In this document: positions 41,301 to 56,300 of the stretch, piece after piece
Layout: each line of letters begins with the position of its first letter
Numbering within the stretch: the stretch's first letter is position 1
Assembly (NCBI GenBank): GCA_051294905.1
Contig: CM119371.1
Location: forward strand, 31,746,001-31,810,000
Reading direction: 5' to 3'
Origin: Botryllus schlosseri
Lineage: Eukaryota
DNA length: 64,000 nt
The notes under the pieces: generated by a model
Told to the model about the DNA's origin: nothing
Database searches by the model: none
The model's input: only the letters and a program-made list of their open reading frames with translations
Made by a program: the position numbers and the translations under genes

Positions 41301-44300
41301 ATATGAAAAGGTTAAGAACCACTGCTCTATAGTCTAAAGCAGTGCTTCCCAGCCGGTGGGGAATTCCCCACTTGTGGAGAATTTCATTGTTTCTGGTGGT
41401 TATAGACGCATTTGGTAAACATCATATACGGGACAGTCTACATATTTACGGATACACCTGCGCGATTACCTTTACCAGTAAACTGCTCTGCAATGTATGT
41501 ATCGAAAATTGTATTGCGTGTTGTTCCCAAACTCATTTCAACTCCCGATAACCAATTATGGTGTCACAGACACATCCAGCACGACCGGTATGACGTAATA
41601 TAACGCTTTCGCTAAATTTTGTTGGATACCGGTATCAGTTCACAATACGTTTTATGTTGCAGTTATAGGCGATTGCCTTGTGTAGCCTACTGGTATGAGT
41701 GTGTGTCTTGTGTACTCAAATAAGAAAATGGCTGCTCCGTAATGACAAAAGTTTTGGGTATTGGGGAATGAAGACAAAAAGGCTGGAAACCACTGGTCTA
41801 AAGTTTGAGCAAAAAAGCTATTTACTTGCAATCTTCTTTGCCGTCGCAAAACAACCATCCAAGAACACATTCCGAGCCATCCGCACATGGAAACTCATCG
41901 CTTTTGCAGGACGAACCTTGAACGTACATGCCATGAAGTTATAAACCATTTCCATAACACGTCAGAGGTAATTTGTTCTCTATAGGCCGACAATTTTGTT
42001 TTTGTTATTCGTGGGCTTACAGCACGACCCACTCTCATCCGAGGCCCTGCTTGCGCGGATTGTATGGTGATGACAGATTTACATAGGTATTCTGGCAGTG
42101 GCATGCGATTAGGGGAGGCAAGTGAGGCTCTGCCTCATCCGTCGCCTGGATGAGCCAAGGAAAATGTGGTTCACTTCAATCTTGTAAAAGAGTGGATTGG
42201 ACAAGAAAAGGGCAGTAGACTCTAAATATCAAGCCATGGGCGTTACAGAGATGGGGTACATACCTGTGCTGCTCGCCACCTAACCACGAAGGAGTGCTAT
42301 TGAATAATGTGAAATTGAATAAAAGTAATATTGAAAATGGAATATTTACCATCGCAGAGATCATTTATAAGCGGTAGTAACTCAGGTGGCATTACGCAAA
42401 CTGAATGACTAGAATACATCCTCATGTACATATCATCCCTTTGTCGACAAAATGTGACATTGGCAGCGTATTCTTTGCTGAAGCTTCTCTTTGCGGGCTC
42501 GTCCGATCCATCACTGTGTAAGGGTAAAGTAAAAGAGAAAAATATCGTTAACCAATGCCGACAAATTATTACAAATAGTGGGTGTAATGTCATTGGTGAA
42601 TAATAATTGATTCTGGTATACATCAGCCTTTAGGGTTGCGCCTTTTATCCTCTATTTATTCCTTGTTTTCTGTTACTGTGTACGCAGGGATATCTAGATA
42701 TCCCTATGTGTAAGGAACTGTCAATAGGGTTACCATACGTCCTCCTTTAGGAGGATTTGTCCTCCTTTTTCAGATTTGGTCAAATTTACTGTGAAATTGG
42801 AGTGAGATAGGCTACCGTAAATCAGCATCGAAGTAGAGCTTCGGCGGGCAATTTTGGTGCCGAGAGCCCTAAATATGCCCTTTTTTTAGTCAACCACCTG
42901 TAAACGTGAAGAAAACAGCTGTAATTTGGGCGCTGGTCGATAAAGTTGACCTTTTTTTAGTCAACCGACTACGAAGTGAGAAAAAATTGCCATTTTTCCA
43001 GATTTTTTTCTCCGGAATTGTGGGTTTGAAAAGTTCGAAAAAATCCTTTCCCGATTCCAAATTATGATAACCCTATACTTTACAATAAACCAGCTCATAC
43101 TTGGTAGTCGTAGCGTGTATGCTGTTAGTTTCCAACAGATTATGGGCCCGGCAAGCGTCCGATGAGACGATTAACGAGTTTGGGAATTCGAAGAAGAGAT
43201 ATTGCGAATATCGGATCATGCGGAGAGTGCTTTGTATACACTCAGCAAAAAGAGTGTGAATTCACAGCTCTAAAGTGGTGCACGAACACAAAGTAACTCA
43301 GAATTTTATCCTATAAATGTAAATAAATCGTATTTGCCTACGTGCATGCGTTCCATAGTCCCTATGTGCAAGCATCAATTAGAGTGATATGTTGTATTTA
43401 ATTTATACCGCGGTGTAAGTCTGAGGTATGTTCTGGTTTCTTGTATCGCGGGGGTTTATTGACACCCGTGTATCACGGGTGGTACACGGGTGTGAATACA
43501 CACTTATTCCGCTTGCAGCGTTCGAGAGAGATTGAAAGACGTTCCCGAGAATACAAGATGTCAAAGGTCGGGGAGCATTGTTAAACTTGTGTTGTGGAGC
43601 TCAAGACCTAAAAATTCGTTAAGGTCCACTGCGTTATGCCCATTAGTGCAATCCTTCACAAACCTGCAATCTGCCTTTCCGTTACAAAACAGTGAATTTC
43701 GTATACACTGAGAGCCATCTGAACACGAAAAGTCCTTTTTGTCGCAGCTTGAACCTGGTAGAAGGGGTTGCACATAGCTCAATTGTTTCATAAAGTGGAA
43801 TGCATACGCGAATAATTAAGCTTTTCTTCTCTGTTACAGAAACGCGTTGCACTTGGATATGAACATGATTGCGTTGGTATGTAGGCTACAGATTTGTGCA
43901 TTAATACCCTCAGTAATCAGTAGCCAGTACTAAGCGGATTTTCATTTTATTTGAAATCCCAACCAGTCCAACCACTTCAGTATATGTAATATAATCCATC
44001 CGAATCTCGTTCAGAAATTCACCTGACTCCGAAAGCTATCGTCGAAGTATCCGAAATATCCGTATTTATATAGTTTTGTCGGAGAATCCTTTTACAACTG
44101 AGCTGAGTTACAGTAACGTATTTTAAAAAAAGAACCAAGGTTAGGGTTGGCTTAATAATATTTGAATTGACAGAACAACTTTTGAGTGCTATCACGTTGT
44201 ATAGACCTGACGATTTTTCTTTTTGGTTTATAATCAAAAGGTCACTTCTGGTTACAGCTATCCGAAATTATCCGGAACAATGGTTACAACTATCCGAAAG

Positions 44301-47300
44301 TATCCGAAACAGCGTCTGAAATAGCATCAGTATCCTATCCGACTGCCATAAAATTGTGGAAAATCCGGTTCAAATAATCCACATGATGCCCATCACTGGT
44401 GTATTTTACGCTCATGTAAAGATAACTTGCATGGCGTCAACCGCACTCCGCAGATGATCGGGAATGTATATTAGATTCATGCAAACGATATTTCGCTTCG
44501 TGAATACTTTATAGCAGTGGTTCTCTACCTTTTTCACCTCGCGGACCGGTAAAATTCCAAAAAATATTCGGCGGACCGGTGAAGTTTCAAAAATTGAAAT
44601 CAACTCAAAACGTGAAGTATGCAACTGTTTTATGCAAGTATATGATGCTAGAGAGACACATTTTGAGGGGTTTGATCGTAAATAAAGATGGTTAAAGAAG
44701 TTTATTATGGCATTCATCTGATTATACTGTAGTGGGTCTGCTGAGTCGAGGTAAAATTGCCCTGCCAAAATAAACGTGCTGGAGCCGAGAGTCTTTTACA
44801 GTCTTTCGCGCTGTCAGGATGTACTTCAAAACTTCAACATTGTGGCATAATGTGGCCTTAGTCGTCACTGTACAATATTATATCACTTCACTGAAATATG
44901 TAAGGTTGGAATATGCAATTTTACGTCACGTAACGTCATAGGTACACGATCGCGTTCACACAGAACTTTTCAAAATGGTTCGCGTTCACACGAACCTGAA
45001 CCTATCAGAGGTTCATACGATCCCTACTATGAATACATGCGCGGCACGAAAACACCTGACTACAGCTATACCTGACCATCCACAGAATTAGAGCCGATCA
45101 TCAGCCTAATTGCCCAAAATCGGCAGTCTTGGGCCCCACAAAGCAATAAACCAAACTTTTAGCTAGGGGGCATCACCCCCAGACCCCACAGTTGGTTGGT
45201 TGTTTCCGCCAGGACTTGCGAACGCATTCAATTTACTGAGCATAGGCAGATAGTTTTCTATAGGCAATTCATGGCTGAATCAGTCAATAAAATTGTTGAT
45301 TGCATATATATTGCTGTAAATTTGTAGACTATCATAATTATCAGACTTTCCGCTAGAGTTGATTAAGGTGTCGTGTTGGAAAATTTAGGGCAGGTAATAG
45401 ATAATATAATTAAACATATTCGGGTGGGTCTGTTGGAATAATTACTTTATTGCATGTCAATATTTCGTCACCTTACTGTCTGTTATTTTGTGACTAGATA
45501 TTGAAATCACCCAAGCGTACTAAACTAAAGTACGCACACTATTCCCAATTAGTGTTTCTTCATCGGCAAATAATTTTACTCTGGGCTTTTTCATTTGTGC
45601 TGTGGAGCACCGATTGCCAGGACAGTGAAATTAGGTACCAGCCATTATGGAGCCTATGGACAAATATACATATATATATATCGAAGTTATCGGTCAATAA
45701 AGGGCAGTCATTTTCGGTCAAGGTTATCCCACCGGTGAGTTTATCGCACACTTTGTGGATTCCTATGTTAGCCTAAACTTCATTACGTGATGGTGCGTCC
45801 CTTCACAAAAGGAATGAAGCGAAAACGAATGATCGCGGAAACTGCGCGGATTTGTGAGTCAGCTCGTATTAGTCCTTGCCGCTCATATTTCGTAAAATGA
45901 CACAGGTTGAACTTCAAGTCAAATCGAACATGCTCCCAGACCTATACTATGTTACTTCACGACGTTCTGAATGAGTTTAAAATTTGATATTTGATATTTA
46001 TTTTATTTTATCAACGGACAAGCCTTCAACATATTCCATCTTGAAATTTTGTTATAAAATTGCAAAACACCTCGCGGACCGGCGGTTGAGAACCACTGCT
46101 TCATAGGACTTTTGCATTGTCTATCACAGTTTTGGTACAGGCTCTACCGTACACTGTACGGTACGTGTACAGTGAAAAAGTTCGTAGAAAGAAGGTGCAA
46201 ATGGAAAGAAGTCCTTCTCTGGCGCGCCTAAGAAGACTTCACCAAGAACAAAAATGAGTCCAAAGCGCGAAGTAACATCATATCCATCAATACGCACACT
46301 TGAATTAAAAAGCAAGCATACACATCACTGTACAGTGCGTTTTTATTCTGAAAATATCATAGGCAAAAAAGACAATGCGTGCGTTTTATATATTTTAGCG
46401 TCGTTACTCGTTAGCACGACAATGCGCAGTCCCTAAAATAGTTACCTCAAGAATATAGTCATTACTAGGATTGCATTTAAAAGAAACAGTTTGTTTAAAA
46501 CATGTTTCAAACAATTGAATATTCGTGACGTGATGGCTTAAAAAGAAACTTTAAAAAAGAACAATAAAAAACATGTTTTAAATTAGGACCTTGTTTGAAA
46601 CATGTTTGTTTTAAATTGATTTTTGTTTTAAATGCAACTCTAGTCATTACCATCGCATAGTACATCCCGATATGATTCGAGACTTGCTGGCATTACGCAT
46701 ATCCAGGTTGTCCTTCGAGACCAATGCTCCTCGCCATAGAAATGGGCCGCACCCCTGCCATGACAGAAAGTAGTATCGGCGTCGTAGCTCATATTGTTGT
46801 ACCGTAAAAGTGGCTCTTTGGATTGATCCCTAGGTAGAATTGAGCATAAATTTACCACAAATCCAAGAGTAAAACTATTGTCGATGTATGTCACTGGTAG
46901 TGAGTGTATTTTTTTACATCGCCGTTCACCATAATAACAGCTTTTCATCAAGTATTTGTTTCAGTCGGAATTGCAATTGCAAATTAGGTTTCCGTTACAT
47001 TGCATAAGATACCTCGCATATCTCGTTACGGCAATAAAAGATTGCAATAATTTAGCACATATATGTAAATAGGAGGATGTCTCAATATATTCAAGAGCAA
47101 AATTATAGCAAACTAAAATATCAAATTAGACATATTAGGAATACAAGTATTTGTAATAATGCATACAAAAATCACAAAAGTCATACCGGCATGTATTCCA
47201 TCCGTTGCAAAATTGAACTATGTTAATGCATCCACTTCCGTCTCGACAGGCAATTGTATTTACTGGACATTTGCTTTCTGAAATACATTTTCCATGAAAT

Positions 47301-50300
47301 CGCAAAGCTCCTGTTGGCGCGAATTGTAATACATTCCTGATATCGCAATATATATTCATTAGCCATTAGATAACACAGCAGCACGAAGCAGTCAGGTATA
47401 ACCTACACATCGAAAAGAAATTAAATACACTCGTAAAGCAGGTCAGAATATTCAACATCCATAAAAAATAATTGAATTGGATTTGGATATTGTTAAATTA
47501 CGCAACTTTCAACAAGGTATTTTAGGAATAGTTTGGCGTGATGGATCGCAGGCAATAAATCGCTAACTTTGGCATCCATTGTTCAGATACTGCAACATGA
47601 CCATGTCCATTGTCCAAGTGAGGCAAACCATTTCGTTATCAAGAGCTTAAATTAGTGGTTCCCCAGACATTTTTCCACGGTAGTGGCAGACTATAAAAAT
47701 CATGAAACTGTTTCGCCATACTTAATGAAGAAGAACGGTTGACTTACAAAAATTATTTTCTCGTGTTGATGCGATGACTGTGTTTATAGGATGAACAGGT
47801 GCGATGGAAACGAGGTAACCTTGTTAACAAATATACCAGTATTTTCCGTCAATTCCATGCAATATTTATAATTACGAATTTTAATTTGAACCAAAAGAGC
47901 AGTTGTTACATAACCATAACGATGTAAGGTGCAATGATCACCGAATATGATTTAGTCCAATTTATGGTCGATGCACCCTTAGACACTCGATGTAATGTCT
48001 TGTTTCGATATGGCAGCTTCATCAAAATACTTTTTAGTGATAGTTTGACATAGAGGATTATGTAAACGGATATCTGAATAAAACCCGTGAATAAGTGGAA
48101 CATTATTTATAAGTCGAAATAGAGGTACGGTCTTCCTCGTCGAGTTTGTGCGTTATCCGACAAACATTCAAATAGATATGAATTCAATGCAGGTAATACG
48201 ATTGTATTATAATCTAAACACTTACGTTCGCAAAATTCGAGTTTGTCCGGTATAAATGTCGTCGTTATCGCGCAGGCCCTGTCGTGTTTGCGACAAATAG
48301 CCGAGTCGGAGTGGTTTGTAACGCTTTCGTCGCGATAAATCTCGTCGGACCCGTCCCTGAAATGGATTGGGTCCTAAGACAGCAATTATAATTGAATGGC
48401 GTCGTGCATGCTAATCTTCGTTTCACAATTATCAATTTCTAATCAAGTAACAGTAATATTTTGCTACCAACGGGTATAAGATTCACTCCTCGTGGAATGT
48501 ATATTATGGTCTAGTATTAGAGCTATGTGGGGTTGCATTTAAAATAAATTGTAACTCAAAAAAATTAAAACATGTTTGAAGGGGACCAGTAATCCAATCG
48601 ATTTTTTTTTTCTGGTAGGAAATATTAACATTGTATCTCTGGAGTCACCTCATGGCCTTATTTCACTCAAACAATAACTAAAAACTGCAAAATTTCAATT
48701 TTATTTTCCTTTGATAATGAGGGGGGGGTGTTTTTTGTCAAGTTCCAACCAAAAAATCGCATATTTTGTCTGATAACTCTATAAATCATATGGTTTGACC
48801 GGTATAAAATATCTATCTATATTATCTCCCGATACAAATATGTGAGTTTGTTGTCAGTTGTCATTCAAGCATTCCGGCGCTCATTCTTATCATTGCAGTG
48901 GCAATACTTGTTCATTGACTTTTTACTTTGCAAATGTTTGTAAATGTTTTTCTCAATTATAAAATTTTGCTACGTCGCATCACGGTAAACCAAAAAGGCG
49001 TTAGATCGGGAAAAAACTTCACAATTTCGAGATTTTGCATTCCCCGTGTCGGTGTATTTTCTGTCCTTCGAATCCACTTTATGCCACAACATGCAGAGTG
49101 GAACCCAATTTTTTTTTTGTATGTAGCATAGCGACATCCAACGATTGTGAAATTTTCATGGTGATTGGGGTAGCCATACGGAATTTGGGCTTTTGGATTG
49201 CTAGTCTCCTTGAACAGTGTTTTAAAAAATGCCTTCAATGAAACAATTTTTTTTTTGATTCCGTCGTTCTATATTGTTGCCATAATTGTGTAAATACATT
49301 CGAAAAAACAGGTGGCATGAGCCTAAGGACGATTGCACCCGGTGTAGTTTACGTATACGATATAGAGTGGCTCTTTGGGACACAGAACAGTAATATACAT
49401 TTTAACGATATATTCATGGAAAAAATATATTTGAACCAGAAGCTTTTCGAGCTGATTTCAAAAACATGCATCTAGCTACATTGTCTAAAACTAATTATGG
49501 CGTCATAGAAACAAACAACATGAAATACAGCCAAACCGCGAGCGCAGCTATTGACCAATTTTAGATTGATTAAAAATTCCTTCTGCTGACACAAACGCGG
49601 TGGGTTTTAATATATTTTTATCATATTTTGATATTTTTGAATATAGAGTTAATGCAACACTCTAAATCATCGCTATGGAGATATGATAGGCATAATGAGC
49701 TCTATAATATTATATCGTTTCAAACATTGATATTTTTGAAAACAACATATGATATTTAATCATTGCATATTTCTTCTTTAATTTTAACGTAATTGTCATT
49801 CGCCAAGTCAGGTTTTATCATCATGAGCTACGACGTGATGATGAATAACCAACAACTATATTTTATTATCATGACTAAGACGTATGTTATGTCACACACA
49901 AGTAATATTTCTAAGAGATACGCATGCAGTGGTATGTTTCCTATGTCACGTCTCGTGTATGTGCAAAACTTACGGACAGTGTTTGATACCATCACAAAAG
50001 TACGTCCTTGGTATGCATTTGGAGCCGTCCGCACAGGGAAATTCCAGAACTTCGCATATTGATCCTGCAGCGACAAAATACAATAATCAGAAGTGGTCAG
50101 TATCAAAGTACGTTTATTATGTCTATTTGTTCATTTACTCAAGTGATTACGTTTGTAGATAACATACCCTTCTACTTAACCATTTTCAGACAAAACAGCA
50201 AACGTATTACACTTTGTAATTTTATAAGTAAGACGTAGTTTTTAATAAGTTTGCATTATTTTCCCGAGTAAAATTTTGGTAGGAAATACGTGAAATAGTC

Positions 50301-53300
50301 CTTCCCCGTATCGCGGTATATGACTTTATTTTTTAAATGGTAACTATTTTTATACCTTCTCTTGAACTAGTTCTTTCGTGCCTTGGATATACTTTATACT
50401 TGCAATTGAACAGTAAATCGCTGCAATACGTTTCATTCTACTAGACTAGCCCGTTGACTATACTTTCACCACCTTTGACAATATCAGGAATCAGAGCGCG
50501 ACATCATCATCGCAATGCTGTTTAAGAACGGATATCGCGTAGCATTGTGGATATGTTACCAATAGCTACCCGATAAACCTTCCGTTATCAAACTCGTATA
50601 TCTTTACACGTCATTATGATCCCATAATCCCGTTACATATTCCGTGAATAATCTCTGACACGTCATGATCCTATTGGATTCATGCAAGTACGATATGACC
50701 GCTTGGTAACAAACGCATACTCGGTAATACCTTCGCAAAGTTCTTCCTGGCGTGCATACAGCTGTAGTGGCAGTATGCAGAGTCGAGGACTGTACGTATC
50801 CTTTCCTCTGCGGCACACAGTTTCGTTGGAATATTCGCTTGCGTTGTTTGTTCGGTACGGTTCGTCTGATCCATCCCTGGATTGATCAAACTAGTGTCAT
50901 ATGTCATTGAGAATATGCAGCCATCATAACTTTATAGCAGAGGTGGTCAAAGTAGTCACCGTCGCTACTCAAGTAGAAGTAGAAGTAACGCCGGAATTTC
51001 TACTCAAGTAGAAGTAGGCGTTATGGTTCACCAAGTAAGTAAGTAAGTAGGTATTCTACGCTTATCTTTGCCTAAAAAACTGAAAATTGTCAAGTAGAAG
51101 TAGAAGTAGTCTCAAATCATAACTACTTAAAAAGTAGTGTGAGTAGGAAAAATCTACTTCAAGTACTTCAAAAAGTAGAAGTACTTCGTTACTGACCACC
51201 TCTGCTTTATAGAGCCACACCGACATATTTTGAAGAGCTTCTTATAGGTAGAGGACTTCAAGATACAATTAACTATTATATTCATATTGAAATAAGCCTG
51301 AACATTTTCGACTGACACTGGTCCGGGGTATAGCCTACTTGTCCATTTGAAGAACTTTATGGAGGTACCGGCGATTACTCGTGACGAGGTTCATCCGAAA
51401 ATATTCTGGTTTATTTTAATATGAAGATATTACTCCGATTTGGCAGACCTTTTCTGTTGATTTAGCACAATTAACACAATTTAGCATATGTGAACTAGAA
51501 CTTGTAATTAGAAAGATTAATTTGAAAAATATATCTTATGTAAATTTCACTTATTTACAGTAAAATACAGCATATTAAGAAACTATTATAATTGCATGAA
51601 CTTGTAGTTTGTTAAACAAGGATTTTCGGCATTTCTCAAAAGAAGCAAACTCCTAAAGTCCTTATAAATCAATCCAACTGTAATGAAGACACTCCCACCT
51701 CTCATTTATATCATGTTTTTAAGGTTTAACACGTCACAAGATAGGCCGATGCATCAACTGTGACAGGCCGAAAACTACATCTTTATTGAGACAGATATTC
51801 TCCCGGTTTAAATATTAGCATATAATGACATTTGATATTAGAAATACATGAATAATTTGATGAAAACGATAATTATATTATTAGTGAATAATTGTTCGCT
51901 ACTACTGTATTCATGCTGATAAAGGCAAATTTGCAATTTCAGATGAGAACCCTGCATAATGCATTAACCATACGTACATGCAATTCTTCGATCCGTCGCA
52001 AAATTGTAGTATTGAAACACAATTACTGCCATCCGAGCACGCAAATTCCATGCTTCCGCATGATAAGCCTGAATAAAACGTTGACAAAGTTCACCGTTTT
52101 AAAACTAAAATTTATTAAGGAACTGAGTCTTACCTTCAGTTTTCGAAATATATGTTACTAATCCAGTTACAATATGGAAACATACCAATTCTTTCATGTT
52201 TTCATGTTTCATTTCACATATATATGGAATTGTGTACGTAAAGCCGCATCGCTTCCAAAGCACGATCAAAAAGTTACTGAATTCAATTGATTGCGTGTTA
52301 CCTATAGACACCTAATATTCGAACTGTTGCCTGTAACCTCCACTATAGCTATACAGTCACGACCATCACCGAAATTCGTGGTATGATCCGGTTGGAATCA
52401 TGGGATAGCGCCAACTTACGATATTCCGTGCGTTTCTTCTAGCAGATTGATTCGCCAAACATGTGTAATTCGTTTTTTCTACTAGCCGGTGGTTCACTAA
52501 TTCATGTTTCTACGTGATACAACGAGGGTACAACTTGAATTCGTACCAGCTGTTTGAAGACTTTAGCGAATATCTAATAGGCACAAGTGGGTACACCCGT
52601 ATACCCGAAAACAGTTCCTAACAATGTTCGTAAGTGAAGTATCAATACAATTTATTATATTTCATACGGGAAATCTTGAAACAAAAACATTACCAGCAAT
52701 GTTATGTGCGATCGATGAAGAATCATACGTCAGTAACGTCTGCCGTTTTACATTTCCGCCTTGGATAATCCTATAAGGAAGTAATTTTTGCTTCCGAATC
52801 AGGCAAATCGTGCTCAAGCGCCAAACTCATAGCCAAGTAGGCGCTCACTCAGTTTACAGTATATGACGTCTTATAGCGTCGACGTAATCGATTTGTGCAA
52901 GCTACACTGTTGGCATATCGCATGCAAATAGTAATGATATACCTGACAAATCTATAGCATTGGTTCCCGAACTATGAGTCGCGGCCACAATTGGGTTCGC
53001 GGCCATCACCTTTGGGCCAATTATACGTTCTGCTATCTTTCTCTTCAAATTTCAATCGTAATGATATTGTCATTGTGACATTATTAATAATTGACCTGTA
53101 TTGAACTAATCCCTTACTACCTAGCCTAAATCATTAACAACTGTACAATAGGGCTCTTCAAAAAATGACTTTTTTCTCAAATCGTACTGGCTACTTGATA
53201 AAATTGTTAGGTTACCTCATTTAAGCCTACACACAAAATTCCAATTCCAGCCAGTAACCGCTTTGCTACAGGAGAAGAAAGTTTCTATTTATTATTTAAA

Positions 53301-56300
53301 AATATATAATAAAAAATTTGAAAATTTTCTGTTTATCCCATGAAAGTGTTAGGCTGTCTATAGAAACTATGCTCACCAAATTTGGTTCAATTCCAACCAG
53401 TGGAAGCGGAGTTATTGCAGTTTGATGGATTTGAATAAAATAGTATTTACGGTGACCGATTCTTTGTTTATTTATTATAGTTCTGCTCACCGTAAATACT
53501 ATTTTATTCAAATCCAAATTTTTCGACGGCAATAACTCCGCTTCCACTGGTTGGAATTGAACCAAATTTGGTGAACATAGTTTCTATAGACAGCCTAACA
53601 CTTTCATGGGGTGAGCAGAAAATTTTCGAATTATTCATCATTTATTTTTATATAGTAAATGGAAACTTTCTACTCGTGTAGCAAAGCGGTTACTGGCTGG
53701 AATTGAACCAAATTTTGTCTGTAGGCTTAACTTAGGTAACCTAACGATTTTATCAAGTAGCCAGTACGATTTGAGAAAAAAAGTCATTTTTGAAGAGCCC
53801 TACTGTACAAGTTTTTCAGGCGGCTGCAAGACCACACAAGACATTGGTCACGTAATATGTGTAAAAGATATGCGAGTGTGCTTCGACGTCTCTTTGTCTT
53901 AGTAGAATTGTACTATATCAAATTATCAGCTTTATATAAGAGTGGCACAAACGATGCGGACCATGCATTATTTCTCAGCGATTGTCTCAGTGCATTATAA
54001 TGCATAGCTATCAAATGATTGTCTGTAATTTAGCTATAGTCGGAACCTTCCTCAAACCACCTAATTTTTGATACCCCAAACCCCGTTGTGCAGAAACCAC
54101 CACTAAATCATGTTATAAATAAATCGAAACGCAACTTCGCTCATTGTTCTCAACGAAATTTTAGTTGACCTTGACTATGGGCCTGCTGGCCAGTACTCAG
54201 TACAGCTATTGTAGCCTGTAATATAGGTGTGCAACCCTCAGGCGACAAGGAATAAGGATTCTGTGCAACTGCAAAGAAGTATCGATTCCGAATGGCTTGG
54301 TTCTCGCGGAATGAGTTTTTTAGTCTAAATTAGTGTGTTATATGTGAGAAATTCCGATCCTTTGAATTTCGAAAAAGTGTGCTGAGGACCAAATATTTTA
54401 ATAGCCTATATGTCATCAATGTATGCTCCAATAAAGCAATTACTAACCACTAGAGGTAGTCAATACCGTAGTACTTCCAGCATTTCCTCCTCGCCACCTC
54501 ATCCGCGTAAGCGGTGTCTTACGAAAATTCTAGAAGTGGGCCTGCTATAAGTCGGCAGTTACGGGTAAGATGAGGAATATAGGCCTGGTGTAAATGACCA
54601 TAGTATAGTCGACAAACCCCATGAATACTATAAAAACAAAACAATCTTCTAGCATTTTATAGTACTCAAGTGTTTTTGTCTGCTTGCAAAGAGGTTATGT
54701 TTAAACTATCCTAACGTTTCTACAATATCTCGCTCTTTAGTAAGTGTCATAAAGCATTCTCTATCTACAGCAGTGGTTCCCAAACGGTGGAGAATTCCCC
54801 ACTGGTGGTGAATTCAATGGTTTCTGGTGGGGAATAGACGCATTTGTTCAAAATTATATATAGGACAGCCTACATATTCACGAAACACATGCGCAATTAC
54901 CGTTACCAGTTACCTGCTCTGGAATGTATGTAACGAAAATTATATTGCGTGTTGTTCACGAAACCTCATTTCAACTCTGGAGGGCCAATCATGGCGTCAC
55001 AAACGCATCCAGCACGACTGGTTTGACGTGAAATAACGCTTTCGCGAAATTTTCAGCGTTACTGGTGTCGGTTCACAATACGTTTTAAGTTGCAGTTATA
55101 GGCGATTGTCTTTCGTACTGGTGTGGTTGTGTGTCTTGTGTAGTCAAACCAGCAAATAGCTGCTTTGTGATGACAAAATTGCTGCGTAGTGGAGAACAGG
55201 ACCGTAACTGCCGCACCCCAAACCCCCCAATTGGAGGGGGCAAGCTCGAAGGGGCCCAAATGAATTTCGTGAATTAACATAAATTAAAGTATCTTTTGAA
55301 ATTTATGCCACTTTGTCAAACAAATTTCGCACTGGGAGCGCGATTTATTATTGCCAATTATCTAATTATCGGGTACCCTCCCCACGAAAATACGTAGAAT
55401 TTATAGAAATGGAGACTTCGGCTTCGGCTATTACTGCGCCACGACGCACCAAGGCATATGAAGGTATAGGCCACGTAACATGCTACTCCGAGAAGTGTGC
55501 CAGAACGATCAGCAGCGACAAGACCTTAGTCTATAAGGAATGCCCTTGTCGTGAGCTCGTGACCCACAACCTCGATATATTTACAATATACGTATATGTT
55601 TAATTGGCTAAATGGCTGGCGTCGAATGATCTTGTCCTGGCGATATGAGCCCCACAGAACAAATGCCATCCAGCAGGGAAAAATTATTTGCCAGTAAGGG
55701 AATACAAATTTGAAATCGTGTGTGACTTTTAGTTTTGGTGATTTCCATATCTTTTGACATAGCAGATATAGGAGGTCACGAAATAGCATAGCAACACACC
55801 TCGTTCAGCTCTACCGGTAAATCTGATTACGGCAGCAGAGAGGGGATAAAAAATTGATAGCAAAATATATGCAATTCGCGATCATATTGGCTGATTCAAT
55901 CACGAATTATATAATTTTTTCGCGCTTCGCGCGTTTAGTTGAGGTAGGGCGACACACTAAACAGTAGACCCAATGTAGCTGATAACTTGTAGGGGAAAAG
56001 CGTACAGGTTCAGCGGGGCTAAGGGGGTTCTTGGGGCCCAATACCAACGTTTTTTTTTTGGCGAGGCTAACAAAGTGCTGTTACGGTCCTGGTGGGGAAT
56101 AAAGGCTCGGAATAAATCTGAAGTGAAGAATGAAGTCAAAAAATGTAAGAATTACTGATCTAGAGGCATACGTCTTGACGTCATGTACAAAAGTAATATC
56201 TTCTGCGGGCGATACGTAGAGCTTACCATTACTTAAATTCACGACGCCGCAAAGACTTCTTGCAGTCACGATAACGAATAACATTGAAAGACGTGTTGCG

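Noticed and set aside
48555..49700. Possible further DNA element starting TTGAAGGGGACCAG
   Set aside because: No matching right end or TSD was found.
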